Under the pieces are notes generated by a model, which was not told the origin of the DNA, searched no databases, and saw only the letters and a program-made list of their open reading frames with translations. Shown here in pieces: positions 1-10,014 of a DNA stretch of 35,838 nt. The translations under genes and the position numbers were made by a program. Numbering within the stretch: the stretch's first letter is position 1; every line of letters begins with the position of its first letter. Location of the stretch: contig CAWKNZ010000011.1 of the NCBI GenBank assembly GCA_963851265.1, forward strand, positions 1 to 35,838. The letters run 5' to 3'. The DNA is from an uncultured Gemmatimonadales bacterium. Lineage in GTDB: Bacteria > Gemmatimonadota > Gemmatimonadetes > Gemmatimonadales > Gemmatimonadaceae.

Positions 1-835
1 AGCGTTTGCGGGACGGCGATCCAACGCCGTGTGTCGATTTCGGGACGGGTTTCGAGACGATCGCCGTTCCGGTCGCCTGCCCGTTAGGCGTGATCGTCCG
101 TGCCTCACGTACGCCTGTTCAGACCACGCGGTCGCCTACGGATCGCCCGTGCGATTATAGCCACAAGCTGTCCCGCTGTCGGGCGTTACTGGATAATCGA
201 ACGTGTCGACCGAACTTGCCGCCGACGCCGGTACCGCCCCCGTGCTCCGCCCACGGTCTGAGCGTACGCGCGGTGCGGCCAGCGCGATTGGGCCGGCGCC
301 GCGGGTGGACGACGCGCAGAGTTCGGGCACTGCGCGTCTCACGCGAGACGCCCGAACTGCCCGTAGGGTCGCACCGCCCGATGATCGCGGCCGCGGTGCG
401 GCCGCCCGCGTGCCACCAGTGCGCTGCTATCGCGCTGCCCGCCTCCGAGGTGTCGTACGACGTTCGGCGACGTTGGCGGAAAGCGGCTCGCACCGGACCT
501 CGAGGTGATCGTCGTGGGGTGCGGCCGTTAGGCGACGCGCGTATGGCCCGCAAACCGGCTGGTGCCACGACGGGCCTCGTGCGCGACCCCACTGGCCGCG
601 ATTGACCCGGTCCGAGGATCCGCGGGGCGCGCGGTCGGGCGACTCCGAAGGTGGGTGGCGGCATCACACGGATCATGCCCGTGAGCGCGTCCCGCGGTGC
701 GTCGACTTGGTCCCACCGCACCGTGTCCCCACGACGACGCCAACCTCGACCGATCCCGTTATCGCCGAACCGGGCATCGCCCCGCAGTCCGGGTCGCTCG
801 TCGCGACGTCATGCGCATGCCCCGTGCACGCGCGG

Positions 836-1951
836 CTACGGCCTGACCGATCCCGCGTACGCCGCCGCGGCGATCATGTCGTCCACGGTCAGGCCCGCCA
901 CGACGGCGCGCATCGGCGCGGCCGTCGCCGACGCGCGCGTCCCCGCTTTGAAGGCGAACAGCTGGCGCAGCAGGTACGACGGCGCCCGCCCGGCGATCGC
1001 TGGAACGGCACCGACGCCGCGCAGGTCAGCCCCGTGGCAGCGCACACAGGCCGTCGGCGACGCCGCACCCACGGTGCCGACAGCGCCCCCGGTCGCAAGC
1101 ACACGGCCGCGCGCGAGACTGCCGCGCGGCACGTAGGTCACGTACGGGACGCCCGGGTCGTGGCGCTCGTGGCGCGCGATGTCGGTGGTCGCTTCCAAGA
1201 GGCGGTGACCGAGCCACACGTCGGGTAGCCCGTCGATCGCATAGAGACCCGTGAGCTGGCGCAGCGTCGGCACCGAGTCTGACTCGACAACCCGCGCGCG
1301 CGGCCGCGTGAGGCGGAGCGCCGCGAAGTAGCGCGCCGCGACGGCGACTTCCTCGGGTGTCGCGTGCGCGGCGATTGCGCGCATAGCCTCGAACGGTGGC
1401 GATACGCCCTCGAGCGCCACGCGGCGCGCACCGGAGGCCATCTCGGCCACCTGCGCCACGATGTACGCCGCTGGGAGCCCGGTGAGCGTGGCGTTCTCCG
1501 GCCGGCCGCGCCCGTCGGGAAGGTGGCAAAAGCCGCACGCGATCACCGACGGCCGGCGCCCGTGCGCGACTACCGGCGGCATCGCGGGGTGCGCGGACGG
1601 GAACCAGTCGGCCACGTCGAACGCGGCGGCGCCGAGCCGCGCGGCCGTGTACGTACGCCGGCTATCGGGCACGTGGAGGCGCTGCATGGAGTCCGCCGGC
1701 GGCGCGGGCGCCGAGGAGGGAGGCGTGGCGGGGCCGGCGGGCCGGACGGGGTAGGCCCAGCGCGGCGCTGCGAACGGCACCGCCGACGGATCGGCGCTCG
1801 CCTGCCCCGCCGCCTGCCCCCTCGCGCCGCTGGCGGCCGTCGCGATGCACGCGAGGGACACGAGACGCGTCGTCCGGCAGAGGAACCGAGTGCACTGGAT
1901 GGCGAGTCGCACCACAGCGTCGCGGGAAAGAGAGTCTTCGATCATGCGCAT
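836..1951 (-). CDS. Di-haem cytochrome c (c4/c553-like), exported
   Basis: Two CxxCH motifs (ACGFCH, ACVRCH), each followed by a c4-type segment (LTGLPAAYIVAQV, IAGRAPSYLLRQL) and a distal Met (EAMRAIA, APMRAVV). Signal-like N-terminus. Start uncertain (ATG 1951 or 1945, or later). Confidence 0.85.
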   Translation of the reverse strand: MRMIEDSLSRDAVVRLAIQCTRFLCRTTRLVSLACIATAASGARGQAAGQASADPSAVPFAAPRWAYPVRPAGPATPPSSAPAPPADSMQRLHVPDSRRTYTAARLGAAAFDVADWFPSAHPAMPPVVAHGRRPSVIACGFCHLPDGRGRPENATLTGLPAAYIVAQVAEMASGARRVALEGVSPPFEAMRAIAAHATPEEVAVAARYFAALRLTRPRARVVESDSVPTLRQLTGLYAIDGLPDVWLGHRLLEATTDIARHERHDPGVPYVTYVPRGSLARGRVLATGGAVGTVGAASPTACVRCHGADLRGVGAVPAIAGRAPSYLLRQLFAFKAGTRASATAAPMRAVVAGLTVDDMIAAAAYAGSVRP

Positions 1952-2286
1952 GCGGACGACAGCTGCCGTACCCGAGCGGACACCCGAGCGGACGCGCGGC
2001 GTGGTTCGCGTCCACGCATCTGGAACGACGGTGGCCATTCGCGCAGAACCTAGCAGCCCGCGATCGCGCACCAACGCTCAGGCGCGGGTCGCCTCGGTGT
2101 TTAGGCAAGGGAATGCTTCGCGCGTGCGCTGCCTGCGTTGCCGCTGCCTGGCAGCGACCGGCCCGGATCGCTGGTCCAGCGCGCCGCCGCGTCGACGACT
2201 TGGGATTCGTCGACGGCACGGGTACTCTGGACCGGACCGTCGGTGTGCCTGCCGATCCCGCGCCTCTCCCCCGCTCCGCCGTCCAC

Positions 2287-3798
2287 ATGCCTCGCACACC
2301 TCGTCGGTGGTGGCTCGACGCCTTCGTTGCGCGCCTCGCGGTCCGCGCCCTCGCGTTCGTCGCCCTAGCGTGCGCCGCGCTCGTGCGTCCCGTCGTCGCA
2401 CGGGGCCAGATTCCCGCGGGCGAATACGTGGCGCGCCGCGACTCGCTCGCCGCACGGCTCGACAGCGGCGTTGTGCTCGCCTTCGGCGGGCGCACGCCCG
2501 TCACCGACTTCGGCCCGTTCTATCAGCTCCCGGCCTTCCGGTACCTCACGAACTACCTCGAGCCGGATGCCGCGTTCGTCCTCGTGGCGCGCGGCGGGCA
2601 CCCGACGGCAATGCTGTTCGTCGCGCCGATCGCGCCGCGGAGTGCGATGTATTACGGCCGCCGCCCCGACTCGGCGACCGTCGCGCGCACGCTCGGGCTA
2701 CCCGCGCGCCCGCTCACCGCACTCGCCGGCGTCGTCGACTCGCTCGTCGCCACCGGATTGCCCGTCTACCAGCTCGCCGACGTCGCGGACGCCGACTTCG
2801 CGCGACAGGATTCACTCACGCGCGGCGGTGCCTTCGTCGCCGCGCTCCTCGCTCGCCATCCCGGGCTGGTCGTGCGCGATGCGCACCCCGTCGTCGACGC
2901 GCTCCGGGCGCGGAAGAGCCCCGCGGAGATCGCGCTCCTGCGCCGCGCCGCCGTGGTGTCGAGCGCGGGGCACCGCGCGGCGCTGCGCGTCGCCGACCCC
3001 CGGTTCGAGTACGCGTACCAGGCCGCGCTCGAGGGCACCTTCCTCCGCCTCGGGGGGACGCGTCCGGCCTACGGCTCGATCATCGGCGCCGGGGAACACG
3101 GGACGCAACTGCACTACATGCGCGATCAGGGCCCCGTCCGCCCCGGGGATCTGGTCGTGATGGACGCCGCCACAGAGGTCGAGGGCTACGCGGCCGACGT
3201 CACGCGGACGATCCCGGCGAGCGGCACCTACACAGCCGACCAGCGGGTGCTCTACCAGCTCGTGCGTGACGCGCAGGCCGCCGCCGAGCGGAACGCGGGC
3301 CCGGGGCGGCCGGCGGCAGTGGCGCAGGACTCGGCGACCGCGGTGCGCGCAGCGGGGCTGGCTCGGCTCGGGCTGATCGATAGCGTGAACGCGCCGATGG
3401 ACCCGCCCTGGCCGGCCGACTGCGCGCGCACCCCGCAGCCGTGCCGGCAGTCGCAACTCTGGATGATCCACGGGATCAGCCACGGGCTCGGCCTCGCAGT
3501 GCACGACCCCGCGCAGTTCTCCACCGGCGACCACACGTACCGCCCCGGGGACGCGTTCACCATTGAGCCCGGGCTCTACATCAGTCGCGCCTTCCTCGAC
3601 GCGCTCCCCGACACGCCGCGCAACCGGGCCTGGATCGCACGGGTGCGCCCGGTGGTCGACCGGTACGGGGGGACCGGGGTGCGGATCGAGGACGACTACG
3701 TGATCACCGCGGCGGGGCTGGAGCGGTTGAGCACCGCCCCGCGCGAGGTCGGCGAGATCGAGGCGGTGATGCGCCACCGCGCCCGGCCGGCGCCCTGA
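2287..3798 (+). CDS. Xaa-Pro aminopeptidase (peptidase M24B), probably secreted
   Basis: AMP_N-like 'FYQLPAFRYLTNYLEPDA', 'LRARKSPAEI', metal-ligand motifs LHY, DAATE..YAADVTRT, HGISHGLGLAVHD, TIEPGLY, GVRIEDD. Signal peptide after ATG 2287. Confidence 0.92.
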   Translation: MPRTPRRWWLDAFVARLAVRALAFVALACAALVRPVVARGQIPAGEYVARRDSLAARLDSGVVLAFGGRTPVTDFGPFYQLPAFRYLTNYLEPDAAFVLVARGGHPTAMLFVAPIAPRSAMYYGRRPDSATVARTLGLPARPLTALAGVVDSLVATGLPVYQLADVADADFARQDSLTRGGAFVAALLARHPGLVVRDAHPVVDALRARKSPAEIALLRRAAVVSSAGHRAALRVADPRFEYAYQAALEGTFLRLGGTRPAYGSIIGAGEHGTQLHYMRDQGPVRPGDLVVMDAATEVEGYAADVTRTIPASGTYTADQRVLYQLVRDAQAAAERNAGPGRPAAVAQDSATAVRAAGLARLGLIDSVNAPMDPPWPADCARTPQPCRQSQLWMIHGISHGLGLAVHDPAQFSTGDHTYRPGDAFTIEPGLYISRAFLDALPDTPRNRAWIARVRPVVDRYGGTGVRIEDDYVITAAGLERLSTAPREVGEIEAVMRHRARPAP

Positions 3799-3845
3799 GG
3801 GCGCGTCGCCGGACGGTGGAGCCCGTCGTCGTCCGGCTGCACCCC

Positions 3846-4101
<256 letters not shown>

Positions 4102-4914
4102 CACAACTCGTCGCAGAACGGAGACGCTCATGCGCCCGGCTCCTCTCGATCGGGCTGGCGGTCTCAATGATTCAGCGCACCACCGGCCCGGGCGAGAGCA
4201 TACGGGCCGGCAGTGTTAGGCGCTACCCGGCCTCGGCCAGCGCGAGGAAGCGCTCGGCCGGCGTGCGCCACCCGAGCGTCGCGCGCCGGCACGAGACCGA
4301 CCGGCTCTTCTTCAAGGAGGAGGCAGAGTCAGCTCACGTCGCGGCGCAGACCGCGCGATCGACGCCCGGCAGCGGCCACCGCTGAGCGGGCCACCGCCGA
4401 CGACCTAGAGACGTCCGCTGCGGATCGGCGCCGAGACGCCGCCGCACGCAGCGGCCCGATCGAGACGGCGCACCGTTCGGCAAGACGCTGGTACACTGTG
4501 CGATCCCGGACCCTGATTGCGGGCATCGCGCTCCTGGCGACGGCCCGAGTCTGGACCGCTTACGTCCCCGACTCCACACGGGCTCCGACGAGAGCGGGCT
4601 GGGTGAGCGCCTCCGGTTCTGTCGCGCGCTGACTCGTGCGCACTCCCGCACGCGACCCCGCCGGCGACGGGCGGTCGACCAACGTGACGCTCCCTGTCCT
4701 GCAGCCCGGGGGCGCGCGGCTGCCCGTGTGGTCGGCCCCGTCCACCAGCACCGCCGCCCGCCACTCGGCGCTCGCCTACGGAGTACGTCCGCCCTGGCGG
4801 GCGCCTTGCCTGAGCGGCAGCGCTCCCCGGGCACGCTCCGCCCCGGATCCCCGCGAGCGGCCCGTCCGTTAGGCGTCGCGGAAGCGTCACGCCTCGTGGA
4901 TCACGCCGTTGGCG

Positions 4915-5175
4915 TCAGCCGTGGGGCATCACGCCCCCGTCGACCCCGAGCCGGGCGAGGGCGCCGGCCGAGAGCCGGCGCCAGTCGGCCGGGTACGTCC
5001 ACACGCGGCGTGCGATCCTTTCGGCCAGGAAGATCAGACACCACGGGCCGCGCGCGCCGGGCACGTCCGCGCAGGCGGTTTCCACCACGCGCCACGCGAG
5101 CCCGTCCGCATCGGTGAACGTCACCGCGTCGGGCGTGTGCCAGAGCGGCGCGGCGAGCGGGTCGCGCGCGCTCAT
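4915..5175 (-). CDS. Small hypothetical protein (FTDxDGxxWRVxE...CLIF...RRVWxYPxDW type)
   Basis: Protein-like 86 aa sequence. ATG at 5175 overlaps the upstream stop (ATGA). The motif pattern resembles small proteins I recall as common in Gemmatimonadota. Confidence 0.75.
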   Translation of the reverse strand: MSARDPLAAPLWHTPDAVTFTDADGLAWRVVETACADVPGARGPWCLIFLAERIARRVWTYPADWRRLSAGALARLGVDGGVMPHG

Positions 5176-5702
5176 CGCGCCGCACCAGCCGCCAGGGTCG
5201 GTGCCGGCGGGTCGAGCGCGTCGAGGCGGCGCACCTCGCGCAGCAGCACGGCCGCGGACGCCGGCTTCGCGAGCACGCCGTCCGCCCCGGCATCCAAGGC
5301 CCACGTGCGATCCTCGGGCGTGTGGTGCCGCGTGTAGGCGAGCACGCGCAGGCGCGGCAAGCGCGTCCGATCGCCCCGGAGGGCCGCGATGACGCACCGA
5401 CCCTCGCTACACGGGATGTAGAGCTCCGAGACGACGCACCGCATCAGCGTCGCCCGCACGACGCGCAGGGCCGCGTCGCCGTCCGCGACCTGGACCACGA
5501 CGTAGGACCCGGTCTCGAGCGCGGTCCGGGTGTCGGCCGCCTCGGCCGGCACCGGCTCGATGAGCAGCAGGGGTGGCCCGGCGGTCGGTCCACGGGCGGT
5601 GGCCCGCGCCGGGGCGGACGGCACGCCCGCCCGCGGCGTGAGTGGGCGCACTACGGGTGCGCGCGCCGCGGGCGGCGGCGGTTCGAACGACGGGGCAAGC
5701 AT
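5172..5702 (-). CDS. Stand-alone atypical response-regulator receiver domain
   Basis: CheY-like pattern: LLLIEP, VADGDAAL, CVVSELYIP, VLAYT, ALDAGADGVLAKP. The canonical phospho-Asp position holds Glu. Start uncertain. Confidence 0.8.
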   Translation of the reverse strand: MLAPSFEPPPPAARAPVVRPLTPRAGVPSAPARATARGPTAGPPLLLIEPVPAEAADTRTALETGSYVVVQVADGDAALRVVRATLMRCVVSELYIPCSEGRCVIAALRGDRTRLPRLRVLAYTRHHTPEDRTWALDAGADGVLAKPASAAVLLREVRRLDALDPPAPTLAAGAAR

Positions 5703-5952
5703 GCGGCGCTCCAGGACCGAGACCGCCGCGTGGAAGGCGCGGCGGAGCGAACGGGCGCTGACGGGGCGCGGCGGGCACGACGTCGGGGGCCGACGTGAAC
5801 GGCTGATGGTCGGCGGACGAGATACCGGTGTCACCCGGTCGCGTCGCCCATCAGTAGTCTTCCGGACCCGAGAGCACGTTTGGGACCGAACCGGGATTTG
5901 CGCCACGCTGCGCGCGTCGGTGGCGCCCGCCGGTCGCGGGCGGGCGTACCGT

Positions 5953-6777
5953 TACCGCGCCCTTCGCGCGAGCGTGATCCGGCTCTGGACCGCCGAGAAC
6001 GGCAACCTGACCGGCGCCGACCTCGCCGACCTGATGCGGTTCAACGAAGCCATCGACCAGGCGCTCGCCGAGTCGGTGACCCGCTACACGCTCAACCTCG
6101 AACGCTCGAAGGAGATGTTCCTGGCCGTCCTCGGGCACGACCTCCGGACGCCGTTAGGCGCCGTCCTGATGTCCGCCCAGTTCATGCTCGACGTCGGGGA
6201 GTTGGCCGAGCCGCACCTGACGCTGACCACGCGCATCGTCCGGAGCGCGCGCCGCATGAACGCGATGGTCGGCGACCTGCTCGACTTCACGCGCAGCCGA
6301 CTCGGCTCGGGCGTGCCCGTCGTGCGCGCGGGTATGGACCTCGGGACCGTCGCGCGCCAAGCGGTCGACGAGGTCGCGGCCGCGCACCCGGGCAGCGTGC
6401 TGCAGTGCGAGGTGTCGGGCGACCTGCGGGGCGCGTGGGACGCGGCGCGGCTCAGCCAGGTGCTGACCAACCTGTTGGGCAATGCCGTCCAACACGGCGC
6501 CGTCGGCACGGCGATCCGCGTCCGGGTGGACGGCGAGACCGATGCGGTCGTGCTCCGGGTGCAGAACCGCGGGCCGGCCATCCCGCCCGCCGAACTCCCG
6601 GACCTCTTCAGTCCGCTCAAGCGGCTTCGGGCTGGCGACGCGGCGCCGAACGCGTCCGGGAACTTGGGGCTGGGCCTCTACATCGCGGAGCGGATCATGA
6701 CGGCTCACGGCGGCACCATCGGCGTGACCTCGTCCCCCGGCGCCGGCACCCAGGTCACCGCCCGCCTCCCGCGCTGA
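5953..6777 (+). pseudogene. N-terminally truncated sensor histidine kinase (RsbRD_N-like, HisKA, HATPase)
   Basis: Homology starts abruptly at 'YRALRASVIRLW'. H-box LGHDLRTPL, N-box LTNLLGNAVQHG and G-box GLGLGLYI are present. The upstream in-frame sequence is not protein-like and has no suitable start/RBS. Confidence 0.7.
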
Positions 6778-6954
6778 CGCGTCGCCGCGAGGCGGCAGAC
6801 GGGCGCGTGGGCGACGGCGAACGCCCGGTATGCCACGGCCACCGCGGGCGGGACGGCCTCGCCCGCGTGGATCACAGCGTCGACCGCGACGGCCAGGGCG
6901 TCGATTGCCTGGCGGTCCTCGGCCCGCGCGGTCGGCACGTTGTGGGCGTCGGTG

Positions 6955-7518
6955 TCAGTCGAGTTCTGCTTGCGAGGTCGCTTCGGGGGCTCTGGGCGTC
7001 ACCGCCGCCGCGGCCGCGACGTCAGCGGGCGGGGTCGCGCGGCCGTCGGCGTCGAGGAGCGCGTCGAGGAGCGCCAGCACGGCCGCCAGCGCGGCGGCGT
7101 TCTTGAGCGCGCCGAAGCCGATCCGCAGCCGGTCGCCGTCGGCGCGCACCTCGCGCGAGTGCGCGTTGAGCGTCGCGAGCGCGTGCGCCCGGCCGGCGTC
7201 GGTCAGCCACCGACCCGCCGGCGGCGCGAGCTCCAGCGTGGGCGCACCACCCCGCGTGTGGCGGACGGCCCAGAACACCCCCGACTCGCCGGCGCGCGCG
7301 AAACTGAGGGTGCCGGCCGGGCCGTCGTCGGCCCGGAACGCGACGCGCGACGGGCGCGCCGCGCTCCACGCGAGGAGGGCGTCGAGGATCGCGACGAGGC
7401 GCGGCAGATCCGACCCGGGCGTGTCACGCTGGATGGCGACGACGAACGCGTCGCGCGCGAGCGGGAGGGTGCGGGGTGCCGCGCGCGGCGGCGTGTCGGA
7501 GACGGGAGCGTGCGACAT
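6955..7518 (-). CDS. Hypothetical protein, 187 aa
   Basis: ATG start, globular alpha/beta-like composition, GC-rich third positions. No family recognised. Confidence 0.7.
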   Translation of the reverse strand: MSHAPVSDTPPRAAPRTLPLARDAFVVAIQRDTPGSDLPRLVAILDALLAWSAARPSRVAFRADDGPAGTLSFARAGESGVFWAVRHTRGGAPTLELAPPAGRWLTDAGRAHALATLNAHSREVRADGDRLRIGFGALKNAAALAAVLALLDALLDADGRATPPADVAAAAAVTPRAPEATSQAELD

Positions 7519-7649
7519 GGAGGGGGCCGGGCGGAAAGGGATCGCGGGCGGCCGCGCAGCGGAGTGCGCGGTGGCGGGGCAGGCGGACGCGCACGGCCGC
7601 GCGCGTCACGTCTCGCCCCCGCTGCCAGCCGCCGCGAAGGGAGTGTGCG

Positions 7650-7682
7650 CACCGCGTGCACACCGCGTGCACACCGCGTGCA
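7650..7682. repeat. Tandem 11-bp repeat CACCGCGTGCA x3
   Basis: Three perfect copies at 7650, 7661 and 7672, intergenic. Confidence 0.95.
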
Positions 7683-7703
7683 GCGGCGTATGCGGCTCGG
7701 GGC

Positions 7704-8090
7704 TCACGTGTGCGGTGGGCCGGAGCCTCGCATGAGGATTCGGCAGGCGGCGGCCGTCGGCGCGCCGAGTCCGACCGGACCGGTGATCGTGAGGCCGACG
7801 GCCGCGCCGTCGGACTGAACCTCGACCGCAAACCGCAGGAAGCCCTCGTCCCGGCACTCGCGGGCGACGACGTCAGCGAGCGCCGCGGCCAGCGCGTCCG
7901 CCGCCGTGTGGCCCTCGGTGGGCGCGAAGAGCAGTCGCACCCCGCCGGGGACCGGGGCGACACGGACAGCCGCGCCGGGGAATTGCTGCGCGCGCGGTCG
8001 GCGGCGTGCCGGGGCGGACCCGGCGCGGGGCCGCCCCGGCGCGGGCGGGGCGTCGCGCGTGGGGTCAGGGGGGACCAGGAACTCGGACAT
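7704..8090 (-). CDS. Hypothetical protein resembling the small 'ExxCCPFLxF...LxxTGP' family found with MerR/metal genes, lacking the CC pair
   Basis: Strong RBS GGAGG 4 nt before ATG 8090. Sequence 'GGVRLLF...LADVVARECRDEGFLRFAVEV...GLTITGP'. Confidence 0.6.
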   Translation of the reverse strand: MSEFLVPPDPTRDAPPAPGRPRAGSAPARRRPRAQQFPGAAVRVAPVPGGVRLLFAPTEGHTAADALAAALADVVARECRDEGFLRFAVEVQSDGAAVGLTITGPVGLGAPTAAACRILMRGSGPPHT

Positions 8091-8325
8091 GCGACCTCCG
8101 GGGACGTGGTCACGTCGCGCCACGACGCGCAACGACGCACCGCGTGGCGACGCGGGCGGGCAACATCGCGGGGCGCTCCTACGCGCGCAAGGTCAGGCCG
8201 CGGCGTGCGTCGGGCCGCCGCCCCGAGCTATGCTGCCGGATCCGGTACGCCTCCCGCGCCGAACGCCGAACGATCCCTGTGCCCGCCGACTTTTCCCGCC
8301 CGTGTTCCGCCCGAGCGCACGCGCG

Positions 8326-9300
8326 ATGACGGTCCCGACTGTCCCGCACGACCCGCTCGCCCCGGCGCTCGACGCGACGTGGCGGATGCTCACCCCCCCG
8401 GGAGTGGGCGCCCTACGGTGCTACGAGGACGAGGCCCCCGCCGACACGCCGGACGGCCCGCCGCTCGTGCTCCTACACAGCATCAACGCGGGCGCGTCCG
8501 CGTACGAGGTGCGGCCGCTGTTCGCGCGGTACCGCGGCCGGCGCGCCGTCCTCGCCCCCGACCTGCCGGGCTTCGGCGGGTCCGACCGAACGGACCGCGC
8601 CTACACGCCCGCGCTCTACGCGGCCGCCATCACCGCAGTGCTCGACGACGCGGCGCGCGGCCGCGGCCCGGTGGACGTCGTCGCCCTGTCGCTCACGAGC
8701 GAGTTCGCGGCGCAGGTCGCGGTCGACCGGCCCGACCTCGTGCGCTCGCTCGTGCTCCTGTCGCCGACGGGATTCCGGGCGCCCCGCGACGGCCGGGCGC
8801 CCGACCCCCGCGACCGCGACAGCCGCGGCCGCGCGCCCGGCGCGGTCGGGGGCAGCGCGCGCGTCTATCGCGCGCTCACCGTGCGGCTCTGGGCGCAGGC
8901 GCTCTACGCCGGCATCGCGTCGCGCCGGAGTGTGCGCTTCTTCCTGCGGAAATTCTTCGTCGGCCCGATCGACGAGGGGCTGGCCGAGTACGCGTACCGC
9001 ACCGCGCACCAGCCGGGTGCCCGCCACGCGCCGCTGACGTTCCTGAGCGGCCGGCTCCGTACGGTGGGCGTGCGCGAGGCCGTGTACCACCGGGTGACCG
9101 CGCCCGCGTTGGTGCTCTACGACGCCGACCCGTTCTCGCGCTTCGAGCAGCTGCCCGACACGTGCGCGCGGCACGCGAACTGGCGCGCCGCCCGCATCGC
9201 GCCGACGCGCGGCCTGCCCCACTGGGAGCGCCTCGACGACGTGGCCCGCACGCTCGAGGCTTGGTGGGCCGCAGCCCGCGGCGGTCCGGCCCCGCCGTGA
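8326..9300 (+). CDS. Alpha/beta-fold hydrolase
   Basis: PLVLLHSIN, APDLPGFGGSDR, nucleophile elbow VVALSLTS, LVLLSPTG, C-terminal GLPHWE. Confidence 0.9.
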   Translation: MTVPTVPHDPLAPALDATWRMLTPPGVGALRCYEDEAPADTPDGPPLVLLHSINAGASAYEVRPLFARYRGRRAVLAPDLPGFGGSDRTDRAYTPALYAAAITAVLDDAARGRGPVDVVALSLTSEFAAQVAVDRPDLVRSLVLLSPTGFRAPRDGRAPDPRDRDSRGRAPGAVGGSARVYRALTVRLWAQALYAGIASRRSVRFFLRKFFVGPIDEGLAEYAYRTAHQPGARHAPLTFLSGRLRTVGVREAVYHRVTAPALVLYDADPFSRFEQLPDTCARHANWRAARIAPTRGLPHWERLDDVARTLEAWWAAARGGPAPP

Positions 9301-9698
9301 TCTCCACGCTCGTCTCCCGCGCCAGTGCCGCGGCCCTACTCGTGGGCGGGCTCGCGCTCCTTTTCGGCGCCGACGCCCTCCTGCCGGCCCTCGTGCCCGG
9401 CGTCCCGCGCGCGGCCGCGTGGCTCGGGCAGCTGCTCGGCGCCGCGTGGCTCGCCCTCGCCGCGCTCAACTGGCTGCAGCGCGCCACGACGCTGGGCGGG
9501 ATCTACGGCCGGCCCCTCGTCCTGGCCAACCTCGTGCTCTACGGCGTGAGCGCGGCGAGCGGGCTCCGCGCGCTCCCGACGGGCGGCGCGCGCCTGTGGC
9601 TGGTCGCCGCGCCCGCGGCCCTGCTCGCGGGTGTCTACGGCGTGCTGCTCTTCCGCGGGCCCCTCGACCCCATACCAGGCGCGGCGCGGACGCGCTGA
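9297..9698 (+). CDS. Hypothetical four-TM membrane protein
   Basis: GTG start overlaps the hydrolase stop (GTGA). Four hydrophobic segments and a 'GGIYGRP' loop. Confidence 0.75.
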   Translation: MISTLVSRASAAALLVGGLALLFGADALLPALVPGVPRAAAWLGQLLGAAWLALAALNWLQRATTLGGIYGRPLVLANLVLYGVSAASGLRALPTGGARLWLVAAPAALLAGVYGVLLFRGPLDPIPGAARTR

Positions 9699-10014
9699 GC
9701 GCTCCGGACGGGGCCGTCGCGAACCGGCCGCCATTCGCCGGCGCGACCGATTCGCGCACTCGGCCCCAATATCACTTCAATCTTCCCCGACATCCGAGGA
9801 GGGCCGGCGTCCCGCTCGTCACGGGGCACGCCGGGGACGGCGCGCGGAGCGGGATATTTTGTGCATCGTGGACCTTTTCCGCGGCGTGCGTGTGCTAGGT
9901 GCGTTAGGTTGCGAGACGCGCCGCGGTGGTACACCAGGCGGGCGCGTGGGGCGGCCGTGCCGCCCCCGATGTTCCCGGCGCTTCTGGCGACGCCACGCGC
10001 CAGAGGTACGCTGC

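Noticed and set aside
1..830. Several 70-200 aa ORFs at the window start
   Set aside because: Arg/Pro/Ala-rich translations typical of non-coding high-GC frames; no recognisable motifs.
4213..4632. ORF with a hydrophobic stretch (TLIAGIALLATARVW) after the IS relic
   Set aside because: No clear start or RBS and no family motif; it may be a gene fragment but cannot be supported.
6705..6938. 77-aa minus-strand ORF (AIDALAVAVDAVIHAG)
   Set aside because: Partly protein-like, but it overlaps the kinase 3' end and lacks an RBS; insufficient evidence.
9760..9910. AT-richer patch suggesting a promoter or small RNA
   Set aside because: No correctly spaced -35/-10 pair and no convincing stem-loop found by eye.
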